Shown here piece by piece: positions 19,504 to 29,172 of a stretch of DNA of 64,000 nt; position 1 is the stretch's first letter; each line of letters begins with the position of its first letter. The position numbers and the translations under genes are program-made. Source of the stretch: Stellaceae bacterium (GTDB lineage Bacteria > Pseudomonadota > Alphaproteobacteria > ATCC43930 > CGMCC-115725); the NCBI GenBank assembly GCA_036264235.1, contig DATARH010000174.1, positions 2,386-66,385 on the forward strand, written 5' to 3'. The notes under the pieces were generated by a model. It was not told where the DNA came from, made no database searches, and saw only the letters and a program-made list of their open reading frames with translations.

Positions 19504-20215
19504 TGCCGTTGCCTCGATTTGTTGCGACAGCAAGCAGAGAGCCGCCGAAGGGCAGGGCCAAGCCGTGCTCCAGCAATTTTCGTTCAGCGTCGGTCGCAAG
19601 CGTGCCAACTGCCTCAGCAGCTGTCGGCTGCAGGCCGACATCGCTGGTCCGTTTCGCCGGCAGCAACTTGCGGGTAATCACCATCACCGGCAATAATATG
19701 GTGTTCCAATAGCTGAGGTCGAGCAGTCGAAAATCGGCAGCACACAACAAGCCAGTGACTAGATCTCGGCTGTACCGGCGGACATTGGCGACCGCGGTGT
19801 CATGCCGTGAGAGCAGCCATTGATAGGCGGGAAGGTTCAGCAGCAATAGCCCTCCTTGGGCTAGGCAGCGGCGGAATTGCCCGAGCGCCGTCAGTTCGTC
19901 GACGTCCCGGTGACACAATACATCCGCGCTGAAGATGGCGCGGAACGCTCCATCGGCGAAGGGTAGAGCATTTACCGAACCAACGCAGATTGGCCGCCCG
20001 CTCTTGCGCCTGGCAATTCTCGCGGCGAACGCGTCCGCATCTAATCCGATCACCGTCCGACCTGGGTTAGCCGCGGCGAGTTTGGTGAGAAAACCACCGG
20101 TGCCACAGCCGGCGTCAAGCAGCGGCTTCGAGGTCGCCTCAGCCCCTTCGCAAAGCCGACTCGAACGCCTGTATAGAGCAAGCAGGTTGGCGTGCGCCGC
20201 CGCGAACCACCACAT
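19496..20215 (-). CDS. class I SAM-dependent methyltransferase
   Basis: SAM motif I is LLDAGCGTGGFL. 239 aa counted from the first ATG. It overlaps the GT2 start by 8 nt. The start is uncertain; see the finding on the in-frame TGA. Confidence 0.8.
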   Translation of the reverse strand: MWWFAAAHANLLALYRRSSRLCEGAEATSKPLLDAGCGTGGFLTKLAAANPGRTVIGLDADAFAARIARRKSGRPICVGSVNALPFADGAFRAIFSADVLCHRDVDELTALGQFRRCLAQGGLLLLNLPAYQWLLSRHDTAVANVRRYSRDLVTGLLCAADFRLLDLSYWNTILLPVMVITRKLLPAKRTSDVGLQPTAAEAVGTLATDAERKLLEHGLALPFGGSLLAVATNRGNGNA

Positions 20216-20281
20216 TCGGTCTTCGACCAGTTCGAGCTTCTCGTATTCGGCGCGGTCCAGGCGGGCCTCCCAGAGCGGCTG

Positions 20282-22009
20282 TCACTGAACCTGCAGGATG
20301 GCGTTTGAGTTGGTGGCAGCACCCGCGAACGGGCGCTTCACCATTCGTCGCTCTGCCACGATGTCCCGCCGGTCCAACACGACCGACAGAAGCACGCCCA
20401 TGCGTTCCACCCGGTATACCGTGCGGCCAGGCAGCAACTGGTCACAATTATCCTTGGTGAAGGCAATAAAGAATTCGGCGGTATCGCGCTTGTGTGTCAG
20501 CCGAAAATTATCGGGGAAGTAGTAGCGGGCCGAGAGCGGTGGGCCGCAAACCGCGACTGTGAATTCGCGTTCCTCGAAATCGGCGCCGTATTCGGTACGC
20601 AAATAGCCTTCGAGGCCGCGCACCGCCTCGGCGTAGGAGTTCGCCCAATAATCGAGCTTGAACTTGCGTTGGGCGCCGTCAACGCCGCCAACAAAGGCAT
20701 TGTAGTAGACGTACTGGTCGGGGTGCAGCATCGCCATGACCGCGACATGGCCAATCCCGTACAGCGCCAGCGCGGCATAAACCGGTCGGCGGTACGGGAC
20801 AGTCCCGAGACGGGCGAGCCCGCGGTCTGCGACCAATGCGGCTACAACCGCAATCGGCGGCAAGACGAAGAGGAAGTGGCGCATGCCATCGAACAGAACC
20901 GCCTTGATCGCAATCGCATAGGCAACCGGAAAGGCGATCGCGAACCCGAGCAGGAACAGGCCAAGCACACGCTCGCACTGCAGCCGCGGCCAAGCGCGTA
21001 CGATCGCGAGCAGCGCCAATACCGGCGCGGCGGCAACCAGCACCAGAGACAACTCCGGAAGCGCGAGCAGGATGTAGCTCGGCAGGTAGGTCCACGGCAG
21101 GTCTTCGGCCGGTACGAAGCGGCCGTCGAACAGAGTACGGAATGGAAAGGTCTGGTGCGAGAAGAAGGCGAGAGCGCGCAGCGGGTTCTCGATCGGGTTC
21201 TGCTGCGCCCAGGGCCAGAAAAACAACATGATGCTGGTCGCAATCGCCAGCGGCGGCAGGAACACCCGCCAGAAGCAAGTCCACCCAAGGCCGATTATGG
21301 CCAGTGGCCGTCTGTCGGCGACCGCTTTCCAGCATCCCCACAATCCCAGGATCAGTCCGAGGTAGCACAGGAACAGCAGGCCACCGACCCGCACCCCCAT
21401 CCCAAGGCCGATCGCCAGCCCCAGCTTGAGCAGCAGCCGCCGCGGCGGCCGAGGCAGGCTCGGCAGGATCCGCACGATGTAATAACTCGCCCAGACGCTG
21501 CTGACCGCGAAGGGTATATCCTTCGGGTTGTTGAACATCTGGCCATAATAATTTGGCGTTAGCAGCAGGAAGACGAGCGCGAAGAAGGCAACGCGAGGTC
21601 CGCCGAGGGCGCGGCCTAGCTTCCAGCACCCGGCCAGACCGACGATGCCGAAAGTCGCGTTCAGCAGGTGGCGGGTTTCATAGACACCGAGCGGTGAGAA
21701 CCGGTTGACCGCTGCCGCCAGCATATCGAACACGGCGCCATAATTGTAAAAATCGAGCCAGTGCAGCGCGCGATCGTCGCCGAAAAAGGACAAGTAATAA
21801 TCAAGTACGAAAACGCCGTACCAATTGTGGCCGTCCTCGTCCCAGGTGACGCCGTATTGCGTGAAGGTCGCGAGGACGATTGCCGCAGTGCTGAGGAGTA
21901 CGAGGCCCGATATCCCATCCCAGTTTGCCTCCGGCCGGCGGGAGACGAACAATCGGGCCGGCAACGGCCCAACCGCGAGGCCTGTGGCAAAGGTTCTGAG
22001 AGAATTCAT
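20282..22009 (-). CDS. GT-C-fold polytopic glycosyltransferase (family 39 / ArnT / PMT-like)
   Basis: 575 aa with many TM helices. The first loop carries a DE-type motif (YGVTWDEDGHNWYG). Overall architecture is ArnT/PMT-like. Confidence 0.8.
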   Translation of the reverse strand: MNSLRTFATGLAVGPLPARLFVSRRPEANWDGISGLVLLSTAAIVLATFTQYGVTWDEDGHNWYGVFVLDYYLSFFGDDRALHWLDFYNYGAVFDMLAAAVNRFSPLGVYETRHLLNATFGIVGLAGCWKLGRALGGPRVAFFALVFLLLTPNYYGQMFNNPKDIPFAVSSVWASYYIVRILPSLPRPPRRLLLKLGLAIGLGMGVRVGGLLFLCYLGLILGLWGCWKAVADRRPLAIIGLGWTCFWRVFLPPLAIATSIMLFFWPWAQQNPIENPLRALAFFSHQTFPFRTLFDGRFVPAEDLPWTYLPSYILLALPELSLVLVAAAPVLALLAIVRAWPRLQCERVLGLFLLGFAIAFPVAYAIAIKAVLFDGMRHFLFVLPPIAVVAALVADRGLARLGTVPYRRPVYAALALYGIGHVAVMAMLHPDQYVYYNAFVGGVDGAQRKFKLDYWANSYAEAVRGLEGYLRTEYGADFEEREFTVAVCGPPLSARYYFPDNFRLTHKRDTAEFFIAFTKDNCDQLLPGRTVYRVERMGVLLSVVLDRRDIVAERRMVKRPFAGAATNSNAILQVQ

Positions 22010-22116
22010 CGGCCAACCGCGCTATTCGCCGTCACGTTTCGTTATTTTGCCACGGTTTCGCCGAGGGTTGCGGACCTGTCAAGCCGGATTGCCCACGCGA
22101 TGGGCATTTGCCGCAC

Positions 22117-23280
22117 TTACAGTCCGCTTTCGGCCAGGAGCCGGCCGATTACCCGGTCGGCACCGAAGGTCTCGCCCGCCAACTCCCGGGCCGCATTGCA
22201 ATTTCCCCGATAATCACTCGCGATCGCATCGATGGCCGCTAGGGCCTCCTCGCGCGAGGCGTAGTCGAATAGGCCGCGGCCGGTCGGATAAAGCCGGTCG
22301 GAGCCCGTGCGCATCGTCACCACCGGCCGGCCGGACGCCAGATAGCAGACGGCTCGGTCGCTGAACCATCCGCTGTGCGGTCGTACATAGATGTCCTTGG
22401 CGACCGTAAACTCGCCGCGCGAGCCGGCGATGAATGCCTGGTATGCGCTCATATCGGCTGAGACAGGCCGCGGATCGACGAGCTGCCACCCCGCGCCTTC
22501 GACCTCATGCCGCACACTTTCATCCGGCGGCAGCATCGCCATGCGGAAACAGGTCTGCGGCCGCTGGCGCGGCAGATCGAGATAAGCGAGAAAATTGACG
22601 TGTTTGGACCAGAGATAGCTGGTGCCCTCGAATTCGATATTCTTGCCCTTATTTTCCCAGGTCGCGACCGTCGTGAAGCAGGGCGGCTCACCCTCCGCCT
22701 TGGTCCACAGATCGAGATCGACCGGCGGTCGTGTCGGTCGCCACCGTACTCCGCTCAGCGGCACCGAGCACGCGGGGGTACCGAGGTTTTCCCCATAGGT
22801 GAAGAAATGCGTGTGGGCGTCGACATAGGCGCGCGCCTCCGGGTTTGCCTGAGCGTATTTAATCTGTTCGTAGACCGGGTCGGTATCGACGATGATGCGC
22901 ACCGGGCAGCGCATGTGCTCGTCGCGCAGCTGTGTCGCGCCGCAAAGGTTGATCAGCGCGTCGGCCTCCGCATAGAGGGCGTAGACCCGCTCTCGGCTAA
23001 GGCCATGATAGACGTCATTGATCGCGTCCCAATAGGCCCAACGATTGCCAAGCGCGTGTCTGGCCATGACGGTGCGCAGATAATCGAGGTTGTAGTCGCA
23101 GTCGACGACGACGCTGCTGATACGTGGGTCGTATGGGTTGGCGCCGTGGTCCTCGACATACCAGACCTCATAGCCAAGCTTTTCCAATCCGGCGGCGTAG
23201 TTGATGGCCTGCCAGGCTATCCCGGCGAGCGGCATCTGGCCTACGAAATGGTTGAGGACAATCTTGCCGCGTCTGCTCAC
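22117..23280 (-). CDS. putative GT-B-fold glycosyltransferase-like protein
   Basis: 387 aa. The N-terminal strand-loop-helix (KIVLNHFVGQMPLAGIAWQAINYAAGLEKLGYEV) and the C-terminal block (SGWFSDRAVCYLASGRPVV) resemble GT1/CgeB-like proteins as I remember them. GTG start. The function is not secure. Confidence 0.55.
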   Translation of the reverse strand: MSRRGKIVLNHFVGQMPLAGIAWQAINYAAGLEKLGYEVWYVEDHGANPYDPRISSVVVDCDYNLDYLRTVMARHALGNRWAYWDAINDVYHGLSRERVYALYAEADALINLCGATQLRDEHMRCPVRIIVDTDPVYEQIKYAQANPEARAYVDAHTHFFTYGENLGTPACSVPLSGVRWRPTRPPVDLDLWTKAEGEPPCFTTVATWENKGKNIEFEGTSYLWSKHVNFLAYLDLPRQRPQTCFRMAMLPPDESVRHEVEGAGWQLVDPRPVSADMSAYQAFIAGSRGEFTVAKDIYVRPHSGWFSDRAVCYLASGRPVVTMRTGSDRLYPTGRGLFDYASREEALAAIDAIASDYRGNCNAARELAGETFGADRVIGRLLAESGL

Positions 23281-23563
23281 CGCAGGCCCTGACGAGGAGA
23301 AAGAGACCGTCCGATAACGGCCGAGCCTCGGTAAAATTTCCGCCGGCGGATTGCCGCACCTGGTCTATAACGCCCGCAGGACGGTGCAGCTCACAAGCGC
23401 GTGGTCTTGCCGGTGCGGTGAGGCACGTGTTAGGCAAGGCGCTGTCGTCTGGAATGCCTGCGGACCGCGGTCTCTTCTCGGCCGCCGGCGATCGGCTACA
23501 AGGCCCCGCTGGCATACCATCCTGTCGCTGGGGCGGCGAGCCCGAGGAGAAGAACACGACACC

Positions 23564-23902
23564 ATGACCTACGTCGTCACTGAATCCTGCATCCGCTGCA
23601 AGTACATGGATTGCGTCGAGGTGTGCCCCGTCGATTGCTTCTATGAGGGCGAGAACATGCTCGTCATCCACCCTGACGAGTGCATCGATTGCGGCGTCTG
23701 CGAGCCGGAATGCCCGGTCGAAGCGATCATCCCGGATAGCGAAGGCAACGCCGACCGCTGGCTCGAGCTGAACCGGCAATATGCTTCTAGCTGGCCGAAC
23801 ATCACGCGCAAGAAGCCGCCGCCTGCAGATGCCGACGAGTTCAAGGACGTCGACGGCAAGTTCGATAAGTTCTTCACGCCCAATCCCGGCGGCAAATCCT
23901 AG
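23564..23902 (+). CDS. fdxA: ferredoxin, 7Fe (3Fe-4S plus 4Fe-4S) FdxA type
   Basis: [29 protein letters not shown]...[12 protein letters not shown]. The ATG at 23564 has GAGGAGA upstream. The track start at 23351 is an unsupported extension. Confidence 0.95.
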   Translation: MTYVVTESCIRCKYMDCVEVCPVDCFYEGENMLVIHPDECIDCGVCEPECPVEAIIPDSEGNADRWLELNRQYASSWPNITRKKPPPADADEFKDVDGKFDKFFTPNPGGKS

Positions 23903-24162
23903 GGGCCACTCGTCGCCGACCGCGGGCTATTGGCTGCGGCGATTTGGCAGGCCGTCCTGCCGCGCTCCAGGCCGCGCCTCGTCGCCTAAGCATGGCTGAT
24001 GCGCTGGCCCGGCCGGCCTTTTTATGTTATAGACTTAGTCGGCGGTAACAACGCCTCTCCCTCGGTTCCGCGCTCTTTAGTGAGGTGTGGATGCCTGCGC
24101 TTGCGGGCGGCCAGAAGGCGTTGTTGACGGTGCCAGTCGGGTCGATTGCGTGAGAGAAGAAG

Positions 24163-24660
24163 ATGACAGCCGAAAAGGTTTCATTCACGACCGGTGATCT
24201 CGTCGTTTACCCCACTCATGGGGTCGGCAAGATTCTCGGCATCGAGACGCAAGAGATCGCTGGGCACACGCTGAGCGTGTTCGTGGTTCATTTCGATAAG
24301 GACCGGATGACGTTGCGGGTGCCGCTGGGCAAGACGAAAGTGGCGGGGCTGCGGCGCCTGTCGAGCCGCAAGGAAATGGATGTCGCGCTCGGAAAGCTCC
24401 GTGGCCGTTCCCGCGCCAAGCGCACGATGTGGAGCCGGCGCGCGCAGGAATATCAGGCCAAGATCGCCTCGGGCGACCCGGCTTCTATCGCCGAGGTCGT
24501 GCGCGACCTGTTCCGCAACACCGGCCAGCCCGAGCAATCCTACAGCGAACGCCAGATCTACCAGGCTGCGCTCGACCGTTTCGTGCGCGAATATGCGGCC
24601 GTCGAGCGGATCGACGAAAACACGGCGACCCGTCGCGTCGAGCAGATGCTGGCTGCCTGA
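24163..24660 (+). CDS. carD: CarD/CdnL-family RNA-polymerase-binding transcription factor
   Basis: FTTGDLVVYPTHGVGKILGIE...TLRVP, and the C-terminal part of the protein is also CarD-like. 165 aa. Confidence 0.95.
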   Translation: MTAEKVSFTTGDLVVYPTHGVGKILGIETQEIAGHTLSVFVVHFDKDRMTLRVPLGKTKVAGLRRLSSRKEMDVALGKLRGRSRAKRTMWSRRAQEYQAKIASGDPASIAEVVRDLFRNTGQPEQSYSERQIYQAALDRFVREYAAVERIDENTATRRVEQMLAA

Positions 24661-24701
24661 CCGTTCTGGATACAATCGCGCCGCATGGGGCGGCAGTCAG
24701 A

Positions 24702-25511
24702 GTGAACGTGCGGTCGCCGGACCGGCATTTGGCCCGGCTGCGCGGGGCCCGGCGCGTGTGGGCGGTCGGTGCCATCCACGGTGAAGCGGCGCGGCTCCGA
24801 GTACTCCACGATCGAGTGGGCTCACGGCTAATCGATGGCGATCGCATCGTTTATCTCGGCAATTATCTAGGTCATGGCGCGGCAATCATCGCGGCGATCG
24901 ACGAACTGCTCGATTTTCGGCGTCGCGTGCTGTCGCGACGATCTGCGTTCTGCTGTGACGTCGTGTATTTACGTGGTGCCCAGGAGGAGATGTGGCAAAA
25001 GCTTCTACAGTTGCAGTTCGCCTCGAACCCCGGTGCCGTGCTGGATTGGATGGTGCGGGCCGGCGTTGAAGCGACGGTTGAGGGCTACGGCGGCGACATG
25101 CGGCAGGGATTTGCCGCGACGCGCGATGGGCCGCGCACAATCACCCGCTGGACGCTCACCTTACGTGAAGCCATGAACGCAGTCCCTGGCCATACGACGT
25201 TGTTTACTGGCCTCCGGCACGCTGCCCTTACGGAACCAAACGGCCTCCTCTTTGTCCACGCTGCCGTGAATCCGGCGCGTTCGCTCACCGACCAGGGCGA
25301 CGCATTCTGGTGGGGCGACGCCGATATCCTCGAACTATCGCAGCCGTTTGAGGGGTTCGCCCGGGTTATCCGGGGCTACGACCGCGGCGCCCGCGGCCTT
25401 GTCGAGCGCGATTATGCGGTTTCGCTTGACGCCGGGGCCGGCCGCGGCGGGCGATTAGTTGCTTCCTGTTTTGATGTCAGCGGCACAGTCCTCGACCACA
25501 TCGAGGCTTAA
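24702..25511 (+). CDS. metallophosphoesterase (PPP-family Ser/Thr phosphatase)-like protein with degenerate catalytic motifs
   Basis: The motif spacing resembles lambda-phosphatase/PrpA (VWAVGAIHG...IVYLGNYLGHG...YLRGAQEE...FVHAAV...VIRGYD). I chose the GTG at 24702. The track start at 24429 would overlap carD. Confidence 0.55.
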   Translation: MNVRSPDRHLARLRGARRVWAVGAIHGEAARLRVLHDRVGSRLIDGDRIVYLGNYLGHGAAIIAAIDELLDFRRRVLSRRSAFCCDVVYLRGAQEEMWQKLLQLQFASNPGAVLDWMVRAGVEATVEGYGGDMRQGFAATRDGPRTITRWTLTLREAMNAVPGHTTLFTGLRHAALTEPNGLLFVHAAVNPARSLTDQGDAFWWGDADILELSQPFEGFARVIRGYDRGARGLVERDYAVSLDAGAGRGGRLVASCFDVSGTVLDHIEA

Positions 25512-25514
25512 TCG

Positions 25515-26285
25515 TCAAATCGCGGTGTAGCCGCCATCGACGAGCAGGTCGCTGCCCGTGACGAAACTCGCTGCGTCGCTGGCGAGAAACACGGCGGCGG
25601 GGGCGATCTCGTCAGGCCGGCCGAGGCGGCCGAGCACGTGCTTGCGGCCGATCTGCTCGCGTGCTGCGGCGAAGGAGCCGTAACGGCGCAGGAGCCGTTG
25701 CGTTTCGACCGCACCGGGCGACAGCGTATTCACCCTTATCTTCTGCACCGCGTGATCGACCGCCATGACCTTCGCGAGCTGGATCAGCGCCCCCTTCGTC
25801 GCGCAATAGGCGCCGCGCCCGGCGCTCCCCACCCGGCCAAGTTGCGAGGCGATAAAAATGATCGAGCCGCCCCCGCCGGCGATCATGTAAGGCAGCACTG
25901 CCTTCGACAGCAGGAACGAGCCGGTCAGATTGATATCGACGACCTGCCGCCACTCGGCAAGGCTCACCTCAACCACCGAGCCGCCTCGGTCATGCGGCGC
26001 GGCGCCACTGACCAGGAGATCGAGCCGCCCGAACGCGTCATGCGTTGCTTTTGCCGCGGCCTTGGTCGCGTCTTCGTTCGCCACATCGCAGGCCTGAGCG
26101 ATGGCACGGCTGCCGGCATCTTTGACCAGCCGCGCAGTCTCCTCCGCGGCGCCGTCGTCGATATCGACGCAGGCGACCGACGCGCCGGCTTCAGCAAACG
26201 CAAGCGCGATCGCCCGGCAAATGCCGCCGCCGGCACCGCTGATCAGCGCCGTCTTGCCCGTTAGCGAGGCTCCCGCATAATTCAC
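25515..26285 (-). CDS. SDR-family oxidoreductase
   Basis: KTALISGAGGGICRAIA, plus the catalytic YCATKGAL motif. The GTG start at 26285 overlaps the upstream SDR stop as GTGA. The track start at 26723 is a shadow extension. Confidence 0.85.
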   Translation of the reverse strand: MNYAGASLTGKTALISGAGGGICRAIALAFAEAGASVACVDIDDGAAEETARLVKDAGSRAIAQACDVANEDATKAAAKATHDAFGRLDLLVSGAAPHDRGGSVVEVSLAEWRQVVDINLTGSFLLSKAVLPYMIAGGGGSIIFIASQLGRVGSAGRGAYCATKGALIQLAKVMAVDHAVQKIRVNTLSPGAVETQRLLRRYGSFAAAREQIGRKHVLGRLGRPDEIAPAAVFLASDAASFVTGSDLLVDGGYTAI

Positions 26286-27040
26286 AGCATCACCGTGCCG
26301 CCATCGACCGCGATCGTCTGACCGGTGACAAAACCGCTCGCCTCCGAGATCAGCCAAGCGACAGTGCCGGTCAGATCGGACGGCATCAAATTGCGCTGAA
26401 TAGTTTGACCGGCCTTGATCGACTCGAGTGCCCGATCGTGCTTCGCGCCGAAGAATTCGCGGGTGCCCTCGGTCATTACGGCGCTCGGCGCAAGCGCGTT
26501 GACCCGGATTCGGTCGCGGCCGAGTTCGCGAGCAAGGCCCCGAGTCAATCCGATCACTGCCGCCTTCGAGGTCGTGTAGTGGAGCCCGTAGGGCATGCCA
26601 TAGGTCGCCGCCAGCGAGGCGATGTTGACGATGCTGCCGCCGCCCGATTGACGCATGGCCGGCACTGCTGCCTTGCAGCAATTCCAGATGCCCCTGACGT
26701 TGACCGCCATCGCTGCATCCCACTCGGCTTCCTTGATCGCGTCGAAGCGCCCGCCATGCAGCGCGCCATAAAGCGCGGCGTTGTTGATGAGGCCGTCGAG
26801 CCGGCCGAAGGCCCGCACCGCCGCCGCGACCATCTCATGCGCCGAGCCGGCATCGGTCACATCGAGGCGGATGGCAAGTGCCTCCCCGTTCTCGCCGGTG
26901 ACAAGACTTGCCGTCTCACTGCAGTCGTTGATGTCGGCGGCGATAATCCGCGCGCCGGCAGTAGCGAGGCTGCGCGCGAACTCCTGGCCGAGCCCACGCG
27001 CCGCGCCGGTGATGGCGACAACTTTGTCCCGTACGTCCAT
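26282..27040 (-). CDS. SDR-family oxidoreductase
   Basis: KVVAITGAARGLG, NNAA, and YTTSKAAV. 252 aa. Confidence 0.9.
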   Translation of the reverse strand: MDVRDKVVAITGAARGLGQEFARSLATAGARIIAADINDCSETASLVTGENGEALAIRLDVTDAGSAHEMVAAAVRAFGRLDGLINNAALYGALHGGRFDAIKEAEWDAAMAVNVRGIWNCCKAAVPAMRQSGGGSIVNIASLAATYGMPYGLHYTTSKAAVIGLTRGLARELGRDRIRVNALAPSAVMTEGTREFFGAKHDRALESIKAGQTIQRNLMPSDLTGTVAWLISEASGFVTGQTIAVDGGTVML

Positions 27041-27150
27041 GGGCGTCCTCTGCAGGAAGACTTATCACAGAGGCCGCAGTGGACTCGCGGTATACGCAAA
27101 GGGGTAAGCCGCGTGCTCTTGAGTCCTCAGCGTCCTCGATTTCGATCGGG

Positions 27151-28248
27151 CTAAATCACCTGGTCGGTGCGCGGATCGATCAGGTGCATGTTGTTGAGGT
27201 CAGCGACCAGCGGCATCGTTTCCCCGGCATTGCCTGCGGCCTGCGGCGCGACCCGACCGCACACCTCGACGCCGTTGATGATGAAATAAACCATCGTCTC
27301 CATGCCCATTGGTTCGACGACATCGAGCTGCACGTCGAATACCGCGGCGCCCGGCGGGATCTCGCTGCGCTTTTCGATGAAATGCTCCGGGCGCAAGCCA
27401 AAAATCAGCTCGCGCCCGGCATAGGGCGCATAGCGAGCCCTGCGCGCGGGCGGCACCGGGAAGCTCAGCTTGTCGGTCAGCACAGCCGCGAGATCGCCGC
27501 TGTTTTCCACCAGTCGGCACTCGAGGAAATTCATCGCCGGCGAGCCGATGAACCCGGCGACGAACCGGGTCTTCGGATTGTGATAGACCTCGTGCGGCGA
27601 GCCGATCTGCTCGATCCGCCCGAGGTTCATGATCACGACCTGATCGGCCAGCGTCATCGCCTCGATCTGATCATGCGTCACATAGACGGTTGTCGTGGTG
27701 ACCTTCTGGTGAACCTTCTTGATCTCGGTGCGCATCTGCACGCGCAGTTTCGCGTCGAGGTTCGACAGCGGTTCGTCGAACAGAAAGACCTTCGGGTTGC
27801 GGACGATGGCGCGGCCCATCGCGACACGCTGACGCTGGCCGCCCGAAAGCTGCTTCGGCCGGCGATCCAGCAATTCGGTAATATCGAGGATGCGGGCTGC
27901 GTTTTGGACCCGCTCCTTGATCTCCGCTTTCGGAAATTTGCGCAGCCGCAGACCGAACGACATATTCTCGTAAACCGTCATATGCGGGTAGAGCGCGTAG
28001 TTCTGGAACACCATCGCGATGTCCCGGTCCTTCGGCGGCACGTCGTTGACTAACTGGTCCCCGATAAAGATCTCGCCCGCGGTGGTGTCTTCGAGCCCGG
28101 CGATCATCCTTAGGGTCGTGGTCTTGCCGCACCCCGAGGGTCCGACGAGGACGACAAAATCGCGGTCGGCGATGTCGAGATCGATCCCCTGGACGGCGGG
28201 GGTCTTGTCGAAGTGCTTGACGACGTTACGCAGGGCGACTTGCGCCAT
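27151..28248 (-). CDS. carbohydrate ABC transporter ATP-binding protein (MalK/UgpC type)
   Basis: Walker A is GPSGCGKTT. Also present: [18 protein letters not shown], the signature [10 protein letters not shown], Walker [13 protein letters not shown], and a MalK-type C-terminal regulatory domain. Confidence 0.95.
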   Translation of the reverse strand: MAQVALRNVVKHFDKTPAVQGIDLDIADRDFVVLVGPSGCGKTTTLRMIAGLEDTTAGEIFIGDQLVNDVPPKDRDIAMVFQNYALYPHMTVYENMSFGLRLRKFPKAEIKERVQNAARILDITELLDRRPKQLSGGQRQRVAMGRAIVRNPKVFLFDEPLSNLDAKLRVQMRTEIKKVHQKVTTTTVYVTHDQIEAMTLADQVVIMNLGRIEQIGSPHEVYHNPKTRFVAGFIGSPAMNFLECRLVENSGDLAAVLTDKLSFPVPPARRARYAPYAGRELIFGLRPEHFIEKRSEIPPGAAVFDVQLDVVEPMGMETMVYFIINGVEVCGRVAPQAAGNAGETMPLVADLNNMHLIDPRTDQVI

Positions 28249-28253
28249 GTTCT

Positions 28254-29168
28254 CTACCCCTTGGTCGCGCCGGCAGTCAGGCCGGCAATGTAATAGTCCA
28301 TCAGAAACGCGTAGATGATCAATGGCGGCGCGGCGCCGAGCAGCGCCCCGGTCATGATCTGGCCCCAGTTATAGACATCGCCCTTGATCAGCGTGGTGAC
28401 GATGCCGACCGGCAGGACCAGCTGATCGGCCGAGGTGGTGAAGGCGAGCGGATAAAGGAAATTCGCCCAGGAAACGGTGAAGGAAAAGATTGTCGCCGCG
28501 ATGATGCCGGGCAGCGCAACCGGAATGAACACCCGCGTCAGGATCTGCAGATAGCCGGCGCCATCGATCAGCGCCGCCTCATCCAGTTCCTTCGGGATGC
28601 TGGAGAAGTACCCGATCATGATCCAGGTGCAGAACGGCACTGTCAGGGTTGGATACAGGACGCACAGCACCCACCAATGATTGATCAGTTCGATCCCCGT
28701 CACCTGGTGCACCCAGGCGAAGATCTTGAACAACGGGATGAACAGCAGCGATTCTGGGATGAGGTACGTGAGAAAGACGCCGGTCGCCAGCGTTGCCGAG
28801 CCCCAGAATTTCATCCGCGCCAGCGAGAAGGCAGCCAGGATGCTGACGATCATTGTGACGGTGACGACGACAACCGCGACTACCGCCGAGTTCTTGAAGA
28901 AGGTCAGGAACTGTGCCTGGGTCAACAGGTCGACGTAGTTCTGCAATGTCGGGTGGTAGACCCACCACGGGTTGGTGACAGCGCCGATCTCCGCGCTCGT
29001 CTTGAGCGAGGTGATCAGCATGTACACCGGCGGCATCAGGAAGAAGATAACGAACAGGCACAGAAAAAAATAAGACCAGTAGAGCGTTCTCTTGCGGCCG
29101 CGCGAGATGCTGCCATAGCGGACGCTCTGCGCCGGAACGGCGCTAATTTGAGCGGTTGCAGTGGTCAT
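28254..29168 (-). CDS. carbohydrate ABC transporter permease (MalG/UgpE-like)
   Basis: Six TM segments with an EAA-loop region ([23 protein letters not shown]). Confidence 0.9.
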   Translation of the reverse strand: MTTATAQISAVPAQSVRYGSISRGRKRTLYWSYFFLCLFVIFFLMPPVYMLITSLKTSAEIGAVTNPWWVYHPTLQNYVDLLTQAQFLTFFKNSAVVAVVVVTVTMIVSILAAFSLARMKFWGSATLATGVFLTYLIPESLLFIPLFKIFAWVHQVTGIELINHWWVLCVLYPTLTVPFCTWIMIGYFSSIPKELDEAALIDGAGYLQILTRVFIPVALPGIIAATIFSFTVSWANFLYPLAFTTSADQLVLPVGIVTTLIKGDVYNWGQIMTGALLGAAPPLIIYAFLMDYYIAGLTAGATKG

Positions 29169-29172
29169 GTGC

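Noticed and set aside
24429-24701. Long N-terminal extensions offered by the ORF track: 24429 for the phosphatase-like gene, and likewise 8302 for cobB, 44467 for accA, 35998 for efp, 23351 for fdxA, 26723 for the SDR and 19641 for the GT2
   Set aside because: The extensions are Arg/Pro-rich with no homology, and they often overlap the neighbouring gene. Internal ATG or GTG starts coincide with the conserved N-termini and usually have a Shine-Dalgarno sequence.
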